Shown: one piece after another, positions 1-8,262 of the stretch
Position numbering within the stretch: the first letter of the stretch is position 1
Layout: every line of letters starts with the position of its first letter
NCBI GenBank assembly: GCA_034430595.1
Contig: DAOUEL010000078.1
Location: 285,013 to 349,012, forward strand
Length of the DNA stretch: 64,000 nucleotides
Direction of reading: 5' to 3'
Source: Anaerolineales bacterium
GTDB taxonomy: Bacteria; Chloroflexota; Anaerolineae; Anaerolineales; E44-bin32
The notes under the pieces: generated by a model
The model's input: the letters and a program-made list of their open reading frames with translations, nothing else
What the model was told of the DNA's origin: nothing
Database searches by the model: none
Program-made: the position numbers and the translations under genes

Positions 1-353
1 GCAGTTATCGCGGCGTCAATATCGATGGCCTTGACCCGCTCATGCTGGTTGCGCTGCACGTCTCCTGTACGGGAAAGGAATTTGAGCCGTTAGCGGAGCA
101 GTACCTGCCAGTCGCGCAGGCATCGGAAAGCGGCCCCTGGTTGGTCCAGTTTCCAGCGGAGCTGACCGAATACATCGCCAGCTTGCAACCTCCCGATTAC
201 CCCGCTGCCGCAATGAGTTGGACCGCAGTGAACATGCCAGCCGGTGTGGAACTCTCAAACCAGGCTGGCGAGAAATTCCTAGGCCAAATGGGATATCTTG
301 CTCACACCGCGGTGTTTGACAAGAAAGTACTTTTCCTTTACGTATACAGTTGA
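1..353 (+). CDS. 3' end of a CDS entering from upstream of the window (hypothetical protein)
   Basis: Frame 3 is open from the window edge (SYRGVNIDGLDPLMLVALHV...) to the stop at 351-353. The listed ORF 42..353 starts at an internal Met. No family recognised. Confidence 0.45.
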   Translation, partial: SYRGVNIDGLDPLMLVALHVSCTGKEFEPLAEQYLPVAQASESGPWLVQFPAELTEYIASLQPPDYPAAAMSWTAVNMPAGVELSNQAGEKFLGQMGYLAHTAVFDKKVLFLYVYS

Positions 354-524
354 TAGGCGCTCGGTCCGGTGTAGCCACCTTTCAACAGGCATCAGAAAAC
401 ATCCCGACATGAATACCCCAACCCACCGATATGCATCGCGCTTGGTCCTGCGATCGGATAGTTATACCGGGGTAATTTCCCAGACGGTTCGTTCTGCAGG
501 CAGGCTGTCGGTGCGGGGGAAACG

Positions 525-965
525 ATGAACAGATTTGATTTCTGGATCCGCTGGTTGATCGTTGCGTCGGCAGGTGTTGTCGTTTTCGGGTTGATGCTGG
601 CCTTCTTTCCAAATATGCCGCTTCTGGGGCCGATCAATGACCAGCTTGAGACTGTCTTTGCGCTCGATCCACCCTCGCCAGGTTTTCACCCCTTCCAACA
701 CTGGATCTACGGTGCCTGGGGCGCGACCATCGCCGGCTGGGGTTTGCTGGTGTCTTTTACGGTCTGGCTACCCCTGCGTAAGAAGGAACGCTGGGCCTGG
801 TATGGATTAGCTGCCTCGCTACTGTTCTGGTACCTGCTCGACACCGCAATATCGCTTTCCTATGGCGTCACCGACAACGCTATCCTGAACACTGTCGTCC
901 TGATCTTCCTTGGGCTGCCTCTGTTCATGATTGGACGTGATCTGATTTCCAACCAGGCTACCTGA
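525..965 (+). CDS. small integral membrane protein (about 4 TM), function unknown
   Basis: 146-aa ORF with hydrophobic Trp-rich segments. GGGGGA Shine-Dalgarno-like sequence just upstream of the ATG. A decayed paralog lies at 2551..2769. Confidence 0.7.
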   Translation: MNRFDFWIRWLIVASAGVVVFGLMLAFFPNMPLLGPINDQLETVFALDPPSPGFHPFQHWIYGAWGATIAGWGLLVSFTVWLPLRKKERWAWYGLAASLLFWYLLDTAISLSYGVTDNAILNTVVLIFLGLPLFMIGRDLISNQAT

Positions 966-1002
966 GGCGCTGTTTATCCAGAAAGCACAGTAAACCTGGA
1001 GA

Positions 1003-1060
1003 CGGTGCGTGTCAGCTACTGTGATCTGGCTGAGGCCAGCCATCTTGCACCGCTCTTTTT
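1003..1060 (+). terminator. compound hairpin plus T-run, probable terminator of the 525..965 gene
   Basis: Outer stem CGGTGC (1003-1008) pairs with GCACCG (1047-1052). Inner hairpin is CTGGC-TGAG-GCCAG (1026-1039). CTCTTTTT follows at 1053-1060. Confidence 0.5.
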
Positions 1061-1345
1061 CAGGAGGACACAGCGAGTACAGAGGCAGCGTAATGGATTC
1101 TGCTGGAGAAGATTGGTACCAGTCGACTGAAGGTGAACCGAACAACTGGCCTTCACATCTGGCCGTAACCTTCCTGGTCTCCGCAACTTCAGGCGTGCCA
1201 TTGCATGGCTGACACTGGAATTGATGCGCGGGTTTATCTCGAAAAAACCCACCACCGCAGGCGAATAAAGCTTGATTGCCTGACAACTATCGTTTCACAC
1301 CATAATTTGGAATAATGGTTCCAGTACATTTTCCGCTGGTGGTCT

Positions 1346-2515
1346 ATGATCACTAAAGGTGGTTCTGTCCATTTTGAAAAGACACCGAGCTCGATGAAGA
1401 ATAGTGAACGTAATTATGTAGAACTTCTTGTCGCCGCGTTAAGTATCGTGACGGTCATAATCCTTTTTGCTGTTTTTTTCAGTCAAATACCAACCCAGCA
1501 CAACACCTTAGCCATGGATTGGAAAACCGAATGGGCAGCCATCCGGCAAGGTAATCTTCAATATCTCTCTGTAGACGGTATACGGTTTCCCCCCTGGTCG
1601 ATGGTTCCCCTGCTGCCCCTTGGGTTCTTGCCCATGCAAGCCGCCTGGGGAATTCTGGCAGGGATGGGCGTCATGATCCTGGTTGCGAGTGTACCAGAAA
1701 CGCGACCAAAACCACTTTATTGGGTTAGTGTCTTACTTGTGGTCATCTCCTTTCCAACCGTACGCAACATCGTTGATGGCAATATGGAAAATATTGTCGT
1801 TGCAGGCGTACTGTTGATTTTGATGGGGTATTCTTCGGAACGTGTACCTATCCTGGTAATCGGACTTTTACTGGCCACGATCAAACTACAAGAAGTGACG
1901 CTCCTGCTGGTCGTCCTGGTTATCTATGTCTTACGATCCTGGAAGCCCAGCACGATGTTGAAAGCGGGCTTGAGCATCACGGCGTTGATCGGCCTATCGC
2001 TCCTCTGGCGTGGAAAAGGCTGGTTCGAGGCTGTCTTTGGGCTGAACTATCAAAAGTACACTAACAGCATTATTGATATTAGCCTGACCGGCGCCCTCAG
2101 CCGCATCGGGATTACCTCTCCGATCGTTAGTACCTCCTTGTGGATTGCTATAGCTGTATGCTCGGTTCTCGTTGCCTGGAAGAGCCGCATGTTGCTGACC
2201 CGTGAAAAAGCGGGTATGCTGATCGCGGCCTCGCTTCTGACCGCCCCATACGCGGCGGGCAACAGTGTATTAAGTGTTCTCGCAATTGGTTTGATTCCGT
2301 ATTTTCAGTCCAACCGACTTCTGGGCGGGTTCTTCATCCTGCTAGTAAATCTGCCTTACCTTTGGTCAGTAGGTACCCTCTACGCTTATCAATCGATTTT
2401 CTGGTCAGCTTTGGTGTTCCTGTTCTGGATCGTTCTTGCGCGTAGGTGCTTGGCGATGGCCCGTGCGAGTGACCGCCCCCAGGGTGCGGACGAGCATCAA
2501 GTTCAAGAGGCCTGA
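1346..2515 (+). CDS. polytopic membrane protein (10 or more TM), possibly a GT-C-type glycosyl/mannosyltransferase
   Basis: 389-aa ORF that is almost entirely hydrophobic helices. Visibly more AT-rich than its neighbours. The family assignment is a guess from topology only. Confidence 0.7.
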   Translation: MITKGGSVHFEKTPSSMKNSERNYVELLVAALSIVTVIILFAVFFSQIPTQHNTLAMDWKTEWAAIRQGNLQYLSVDGIRFPPWSMVPLLPLGFLPMQAAWGILAGMGVMILVASVPETRPKPLYWVSVLLVVISFPTVRNIVDGNMENIVVAGVLLILMGYSSERVPILVIGLLLATIKLQEVTLLLVVLVIYVLRSWKPSTMLKAGLSITALIGLSLLWRGKGWFEAVFGLNYQKYTNSIIDISLTGALSRIGITSPIVSTSLWIAIAVCSVLVAWKSRMLLTREKAGMLIAASLLTAPYAAGNSVLSVLAIGLIPYFQSNRLLGGFFILLVNLPYLWSVGTLYAYQSIFWSALVFLFWIVLARRCLAMARASDRPQGADEHQVQEA

Positions 2516-2550
2516 CGACGAAGAGGAGTCTCCTAAAGCCCGTACTTTCA

Positions 2551-2769
2551 ATGCAGAGAAACAGCATCTTGTGGTCCGGTTCCTGTCCGGGCTTGCATGG
2601 GTCGGCCTGTCATTTTTCGCTCCCCTGGTCCTAGACGGCTTCGCTCGAAATCGGGCACCTGCTTGACAGCGAGATTTCTTTAACCTATGGCGCGACCAGC
2701 AATGCGGTTTTGAACACCGTCTTCCTGCTTTTCCTCGGGCTGCTGCTCATTTACGGTAGCCTGCCGTAA
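2551..2769 (+). pseudogene. frameshifted, shortened remnant paralogous to the 525..965 gene
   Basis: Frame 1 of 2635..2769 reads TASLEIGHLLDSEISLTYGATSNAVLNTVFLLFLGLLLIYGSLP*, matching AASLLFWYLLDTAISLSYGVTDNAILNTVVLIFLGLPLFMIG of the 525..965 product. The N-terminal-like pieces are split between frame 1 (MQRNSILW) and frame 3 (LVVRFLSGLAWVGLSFFAP). A TAG sits at 2632-2634. Confidence 0.45.
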
Positions 2770-2906
2770 GGCCTCCCCGATTTCCAAACTGCACGACTGA
2801 GATGACTCCAGCGGGAGGCGCTTGCCAGCTTGCGGTAAGCGTGATACGGTCTCCCGTCTTCCGAATGCCGTCTTGCGGGTGTGGCGCTGTGTGCAGGGGT
2901 GCGTGA

Positions 2907-4270
2907 ATGGGAACAGCAGACCCAGGGCGAAGCACAGCAGAAACGGGAAGCAAGCTGCGCGGCATGCAGGCGTTTTACGTCCTGTGGACCGGCCAGTTTG
3001 TCTCAATCTTCGCCAGTCGTATGACGGGCTTTGCCATCACGCTCTGGGCCTGGGACCTGACCGGCACCGCCACCGGCCTGGTGCTGGTAGGGGTTATCTC
3101 TTACATCCCGGGCGTCCTGCTCAGCCCATTTGCCGGGACACTTGTCGACAGGTGGAACCGCAAACCGGTCATGGCGCTGGCTGATACAGGAGCGGCGATC
3201 TCCACCGCGATCTTACTGGTGCTGTTTGCTGCCGGAAGCGCCCGCATCTGGCATCTGTATCTGCTCGGGGCTGTCGAGAGCGCCTTCGGCGCGTTCCAGT
3301 ATCCGGCCTATTCGGCTGTCGTCACGACATGGTCCCCAAATCCCAATTCGCACGTGCCAATGGCATGGCGACTGTGGTCCGGTCCGCCTCAGGTATTGCA
3401 GCACCGCTGCTCGCTGGTGCGCTGCTGGCGGTAGTCGAGATTCCCACCATCATGGTGATCGATTTGATCACCTTCGGCTTTGCGCTTTTCACTCTGGCGA
3501 TTATCTATATCCCGCAACCAGAGCTCTCTCAGGAAGCCCAGCAGGCAAGAGGATCGATCTGGGCGGAGACCCGCTACGGTTTGAGCTATATCCTGGCCCG
3601 TAAAAGCTTGACGGCTATCTTCCTGCTCTTCACCGCCTCCAACATCCACGCCGCGTTTGGTTATCCAATGATGACGCCGATGATCCTGGCGAAGACCGGC
3701 GACGATACGGTAATCCTTGGCCTGTCCAGATCGGCCGGATCGCTCGGCTTCCTTATCGGGGGCCTGGTGATGACCTTCTGGGGTGGCCCGAAGAAGCGCA
3801 TTCATGCGGTTAACATGAGCTTCATCCTGTGGGGCTTGATCGGGGCGTTTGTTTTCGGGCCAGCCTGGTCGCTGCCAGCCTGGTTGATCGGCTCGTTCAC
3901 TATGGCCGTTTTCAACCCGATCATCAACAGCGCATATATTGCCATCCTGCAGGCAAAAATTGAGCAGGACCTGCAGGGCCGGATCTTCGGACTCGAAAAT
4001 GCAATTTCGAAGGTGTCTTTTCCACTGGGTCAACTGCTTGCCGGGCAACTGGCTGATCGCGTTTTTGAACCAGCGCTGATGCAAGGCGGTGCTTTAGCTG
4101 GACTCCTCGGCCCGATCTTCGGCACCGGCCGGGGGGCAGGGATTGGCCTGGTAATTGTTATCGGTGGGGTCATCGCGATTGTCAACGGCTTGGCTGGATA
4201 CCTGATCCAGCCGATACGGGAGATCGAGTCCATACTCCCGGACCGGGGAGTGGCCGAGGGGGCTGCCTGA
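2907..4270 (+). pseudogene. MFS transporter (DHA3 / EntS-like macrolide-efflux type) split by an apparent 1-nt frameshift near 3326-3330
   Basis: ORF 2907..3434 carries the N-terminal half (YVLWTGQFVSIFASRM...AYSAVVTT). ORF 3329..4270 continues in another frame (MVPKSQFARANGMATVV...). Joined, they read like one roughly 12-TM MFS protein. The likely true start is the ATG at 2964 (MQAFYVLW). Confidence 0.8.
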
Positions 4271-4340
4271 GGCCCAGCTGGGGTTTTATCAGGTTTGGTG
4301 CTTTAATAGCCGGTCACAATGCCAAACATGGCAGTCCGTT

Positions 4341-4349
4341 TGGTATGAT
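4341..4349 (+). promoter_or_regulatory. extended -10 promoter element TGGTATGAT
   Basis: TGnTATGAT lies 27 nt upstream of the ATG at 4376. No convincing -35 was seen. Confidence 0.35.
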
Positions 4350-4375
4350 GACTGGTAGAGGTGCTGGCAGGAAAC

Positions 4376-5182
4376 ATGTTTCAACGAAGGAATCAACACT
4401 CACTCAAGCGGGCGCTCGATCAAGCGAGCGACGGCGAGCTGCGTGACCTGCAGGAAGAACTCAACTGGCGGCAGGAACGGGTCGCTCAGCTCGAGTTTGA
4501 GCTTTCGGATACGAACGCCAATCTTGGGCGATTTAACCAGAAGCTCGAAGATCGGCTCGGAGCGCTGCAAACCCGGCTGGAAGAGCTTGAACTTGAGGTC
4601 GAACAGGCCCGATTGCGTGCCGCCCGCAGGGCACAATGGGGTGACAGGGCTGATTCTCCAGACCTGCACGTCGATGTACTTGAGCAGTATCGGCGTACAT
4701 GGACTCCAAAGGAAAAGCCACCACCACCCCCAACCGAAGAGCCGGGTGTTTCTGAGCAGACCAAGGCTGAGTTAAAGTCGTTATTCCGGGCGCTCGCCAA
4801 GCGCTTTCATCCCGATCTGGTCACAGACCCGGAGGAGAAGCGCTGGCGGGTAAAAATCATGGCCCAGGTAAATGAAGCCTACGCCGCCCTGGATGTGACT
4901 GAGTTAAGGCGCTTGAGTACCAAGCCCGATCGAGCCGGGGCACCAGTTGAGAAGACACGCGAGCAAATCCTGACCGATTTACGGAATGAGATTCGGCGTC
5001 TGGACGGCGTTATTCGCAGCCTTGAGCGGAGTCTGGCTGATTTGATTAATTCGCACACGGTCCAGCTTATGCTGGAAGTGACCATTGCAGAACGCAGCGG
5101 GCGAAATCTACTGGACGAGATGGCCGTGGACCTGCGGCAGAAGATCGCCGATCTGGAAGCCGAATACGCCAGACTCACCTAG
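4376..5182 (+). CDS. J-domain protein with flanking coiled coils
   Basis: LFRALAKRFHPDLVTDPEEKRWRVKIMAQVNEAYAAL is a J-domain with the HPD motif. Heptad-like Glu/Leu/Arg-rich regions lie on both sides. The ORF track starts at GTG 4361; the ATG at 4376 has an AGGA SD. Confidence 0.8.
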   Translation: MFQRRNQHSLKRALDQASDGELRDLQEELNWRQERVAQLEFELSDTNANLGRFNQKLEDRLGALQTRLEELELEVEQARLRAARRAQWGDRADSPDLHVDVLEQYRRTWTPKEKPPPPPTEEPGVSEQTKAELKSLFRALAKRFHPDLVTDPEEKRWRVKIMAQVNEAYAALDVTELRRLSTKPDRAGAPVEKTREQILTDLRNEIRRLDGVIRSLERSLADLINSHTVQLMLEVTIAERSGRNLLDEMAVDLRQKIADLEAEYARLT

Positions 5183-5203
5183 ATCGTTGAAGATGGAACT
5201 TAG

Positions 5204-5243
5204 AAAGCATGAGGCGGGCTTGAGCCCGCCTCATGCTTTTCCC
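5204..5243. terminator. bidirectional intrinsic terminator between convergent genes
   Basis: Perfect 16-bp stem AAAGCATGAGGCGGGC / GCCCGCCTCATGCTTT with loop TTGA and flanking A/T runs. It lies between the J-protein gene and acnA. Confidence 0.85.
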
Positions 5244-5273
5244 GTGAGGTTGATGTGCGATGAAGTTACTGCC

Positions 5274-7988
5274 TCATGCCGAGTCATTCAACAACATCTG
5301 CCGCAGCACCATGTGTAAGATCCCCCCATTGCGATAGTAGTCAACTTCTACCGGCGTGTCGATGCGGACGCGCGCCTGGAATGATTTCATGTCCCCTGCC
5401 TCGTCCAAGACCTGGATCTGAACCACGTCCCCCGGTTTGAGATCATCCTCGAGACCGAGCACATTGTAGAGCTCCTCGCCGGTGAGCCCGAGCGATGCGG
5501 CATTCTCGCCGGGCAAGAACTCCAGTGGCAGCACGCCCATACCAACCAGGTTGGAGCGGTGAATGCGCTCGAAGGACTCGGCCAGAACGGCGCGCACGCC
5601 AAGCAACTTCGTGCCTTTCGCCGCCCAATCGCGTGAAGAGCCGGTGCCGTACTCCTTCCCGGCAATAACGAGCAGCGGTGTTCCGCGCTGTTCATAAATC
5701 TGCGCCGCATCGAAAATGCTCATCTGTTCCCCTTCGGGCAGAAGACGAGTGTATCCGCCCTCGACGCCGGGCACGAGCAGGTTCTTCAAGCGGATGTTGC
5801 TAAAAGTGCCGCGCGTCATCACCCGGTCGTTGCCGCGCCGGGAGCCGAAGGAGTTAAAATCGCGCACCTCCACTCCGTTCTCGATCAAGTACATTCCGGC
5901 GGGCCCATCGACCGGGATGGCCCCAGCCGGGGAGATGTGGTCGGTCGTGATCGAATCGCCCAGTAGGGCAAGCGCGCGCGCGCCCTCGATGCCCGTGATC
6001 GGCTCGGTTTCTGCCTCCAGGGCGAGGAAAAAGGGAGGCTCCTGGATGTAAGTTGATTCATCCCGCCAGGGGTAAATATCGCCACCCGAAACCGGGATCT
6101 CATTCCAGGTTTCATTGCCGGTGAAGACGTCGTGGTAACGGGAACGGAACATATCCGGCGTCAGGCTGGCTTCAACCACAGACCGAATCTCGGATGCCTC
6201 GGGCCAAATCTGGCGCAGGTAGACTGGTTTCCCGTCCTCACCCGTGCCGAGCGGTTCGTTCAGCAGGTCGATATCAACGGTTCCAGCCAATGCGTACGCA
6301 ACCACAAGCGGTGGTGAAGCCAGATAATTTGCGCGGACGTAAGGGTTGATGCGGCCTTCGAAATTGCGGTTGCCGGAAAGCACCGCGGCAGAGATCAGGT
6401 CTGCTTCGCTGATCGCTTTCACGACCTCGCCCGGGAGCGGGCCGCTGTTGCCGATACAGGTTGTGCAGCCATAACCGACGATGTTAAACCCAAGGGCGGC
6501 CAGCGGTTTCAGCAATCCCCCTGCCTGCAGGTATTCCGTCACCACGCGAGAACCGGGGGCGAGGCTGGTCTTGACATACGGCTTGACGCGCAGCCCGTGC
6601 TCGAGTGCTTTTTTGGCCAGCAGGCCGGCGCCAACCATGACATTCGGGTTTGAGGTGTTTGTGCAGGAGGTGATGGCGGCGATGACGACCGCGCCGTCCC
6701 CGATTGGCACACGGTCACCATTCGTCCGTAACTGAGCCGGCACACGGGGGGTATCCCGCGGGATTCCAAACCCGCCCTCGTTCTTCGACTGGTGGATTCG
6801 GCGTTCAAACTCCGGCTTCATCTGGGATAGGGCGATGCGATCCTGAGGTCGCTTCGGACCAGCGAGGCTGGTTTCAACCGTGCCGAGATCCAGCTCGAGC
6901 AGGTCGCTGAACACGGGCTGGGGCGAGCCGGGTGTGTGAAACAGCCCCTGAGTTTTGCAGTATCTTTCCACGAGCTCGATCAGGTCTTCGTCCCGCCCGG
7001 TCAGGCGCATATAGCGCAGCGTCTCAGCATCGACGGGGAAGAAGCCAACCGTTGCACCGTATTCCGGTGCCATGTTGGCAATCGTGGCCCGGTCTGGCAG
7101 GGACAAATGCTCCAGGCCAGGGCCGAAGAACTCGACAAACTTGCCGACTACCCCGCGCTGCCGCAGCATCTGCGTCACGGTCAGCACCAGGTCGGTTGCC
7201 GTTGAGCCTTCCGGCAGCTGGCCATCCATTCGAAATCCAACCACATCCGGCGCAGGCATGACCATCGGCTGCCCAAGGATCGCAGCTTCAGCCTCGATCC
7301 CACCTACACCCCAGCCGAGAACACCCAACCCGTTGATCATGGTGGTATGTGAATCTGTGCCGACCAGCGTATCCGGGAAAGCTTGCTGCTCGGTTCCAAC
7401 CTGGCGGGTAAGCACGACCTGGGCCAGGTACTCAAGGTTTACTTGATGCACGATACCCGTCGCTGGTGGGACAACCCGGAAATTATCAAAGGCGTCCTTC
7501 CCCCAGCGCAGGAACTCGTATCGTTCGCCGTTCCGCTTGAATTCGATTTCCGCATTCCGCTGCAGGGCTTCCGCCGTTGCAAAGAAATCGACCTGAACCG
7601 AGTGATCGATCACCAGATCGACCGGCACGCGTGGGTTGATATCCTCTGGATTTCCTCCCATGCGGGCCAGGGCCGAGCGCATGGCAGCGAGATCGACAAC
7701 GGCTGGCACTCCAGTAAAATCCTGCATGATGACGCGCGCAGGCTGAAATGGGACGTTTGCACGTGGTGTCAAAATTGGTTTCCAGCCGGCAAGCGCTGTG
7801 ACATCCGCAAGGCTGATTTCACGCTCGTTCACCTGACGCAGCACGGATTCAAGCAGCACTCGAATAGAATATGGGAGTTCAAGCAGCTTCGTATGGCCGG
7901 CCTCTTCCAACGCCGTTAAACGCCAATAAATAAACTCGCCTTTCGATGTGGCGAGCGTGGCCCGTGCATGAAATGGATCAAAGGTCAT
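5274..7988 (-). CDS. acnA: aconitate hydratase A
   Basis: 904-aa product colinear with AcnA/IRP-type aconitases. Recognisable stretches include [31 protein letters not shown] and the C-terminal swivel domain. Confidence 0.97.
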   Translation of the reverse strand: MTFDPFHARATLATSKGEFIYWRLTALEEAGHTKLLELPYSIRVLLESVLRQVNEREISLADVTALAGWKPILTPRANVPFQPARVIMQDFTGVPAVVDLAAMRSALARMGGNPEDINPRVPVDLVIDHSVQVDFFATAEALQRNAEIEFKRNGERYEFLRWGKDAFDNFRVVPPATGIVHQVNLEYLAQVVLTRQVGTEQQAFPDTLVGTDSHTTMINGLGVLGWGVGGIEAEAAILGQPMVMPAPDVVGFRMDGQLPEGSTATDLVLTVTQMLRQRGVVGKFVEFFGPGLEHLSLPDRATIANMAPEYGATVGFFPVDAETLRYMRLTGRDEDLIELVERYCKTQGLFHTPGSPQPVFSDLLELDLGTVETSLAGPKRPQDRIALSQMKPEFERRIHQSKNEGGFGIPRDTPRVPAQLRTNGDRVPIGDGAVVIAAITSCTNTSNPNVMVGAGLLAKKALEHGLRVKPYVKTSLAPGSRVVTEYLQAGGLLKPLAALGFNIVGYGCTTCIGNSGPLPGEVVKAISEADLISAAVLSGNRNFEGRINPYVRANYLASPPLVVAYALAGTVDIDLLNEPLGTGEDGKPVYLRQIWPEASEIRSVVEASLTPDMFRSRYHDVFTGNETWNEIPVSGGDIYPWRDESTYIQEPPFFLALEAETEPITGIEGARALALLGDSITTDHISPAGAIPVDGPAGMYLIENGVEVRDFNSFGSRRGNDRVMTRGTFSNIRLKNLLVPGVEGGYTRLLPEGEQMSIFDAAQIYEQRGTPLLVIAGKEYGTGSSRDWAAKGTKLLGVRAVLAESFERIHRSNLVGMGVLPLEFLPGENAASLGLTGEELYNVLGLEDDLKPGDVVQIQVLDEAGDMKSFQARVRIDTPVEVDYYRNGGILHMVLRQMLLNDSA

Positions 7989-8206
7989 CTTGCCGCTCCG
8001 AATCCCGCTCAGGCAGCATCTCAGCTCCCCGACCGGTCGATATCTTCAATGCCCTGAGTATAATCGAATTGGTCTGCTCCAGTCGGATTTGAGTTGTTGG
8101 CGGCAGGGCATGTAGCCAGCACGAATACATTCTCACGCTTAGTGCGGATGCCCCATACCGCCACCCGGCGATTGAGAGTAAAGTATGGACCAGGGCAGCC
8201 TGCGGC

Positions 8207-8224
8207 GGGGGGGGTGCGGGCGGG
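8207..8224 (+). repeat. G8 homopolymer within a G-quadruplex-type motif (GGGGGGGGTGCGGGCGGG)
   Basis: Read directly from the sequence. It lies 39-56 nt upstream of the kinase start at 8263, in the acnA/kinase divergent intergenic region. Confidence 0.6.
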
Positions 8225-8262
8225 CTACATTGCATGCAGGTTGATCAATACAGGTTCATTGG

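Noticed and set aside
1003-1060. CTGTGATCTGGCTGAGGCCAGCC resembles the CCTGATCTGGATAATGCCAGCG segment of TPP riboswitches.
   Set aside because: The pyrimidine-sensor CUGAGA element and the other conserved helices are absent, and the downstream gene is unrelated to thiamine. The structure followed by a T-run is better explained as the terminator of the upstream gene.
8058-8063. TATAAT hexamer (with TCGATA 16 nt upstream) in the acnA/kinase intergenic region as a kinase promoter.
   Set aside because: It would give a 5' UTR of about 200 nt and the -35 is poor. It cannot be distinguished from chance without TSS data, so it is not listed as a feature.
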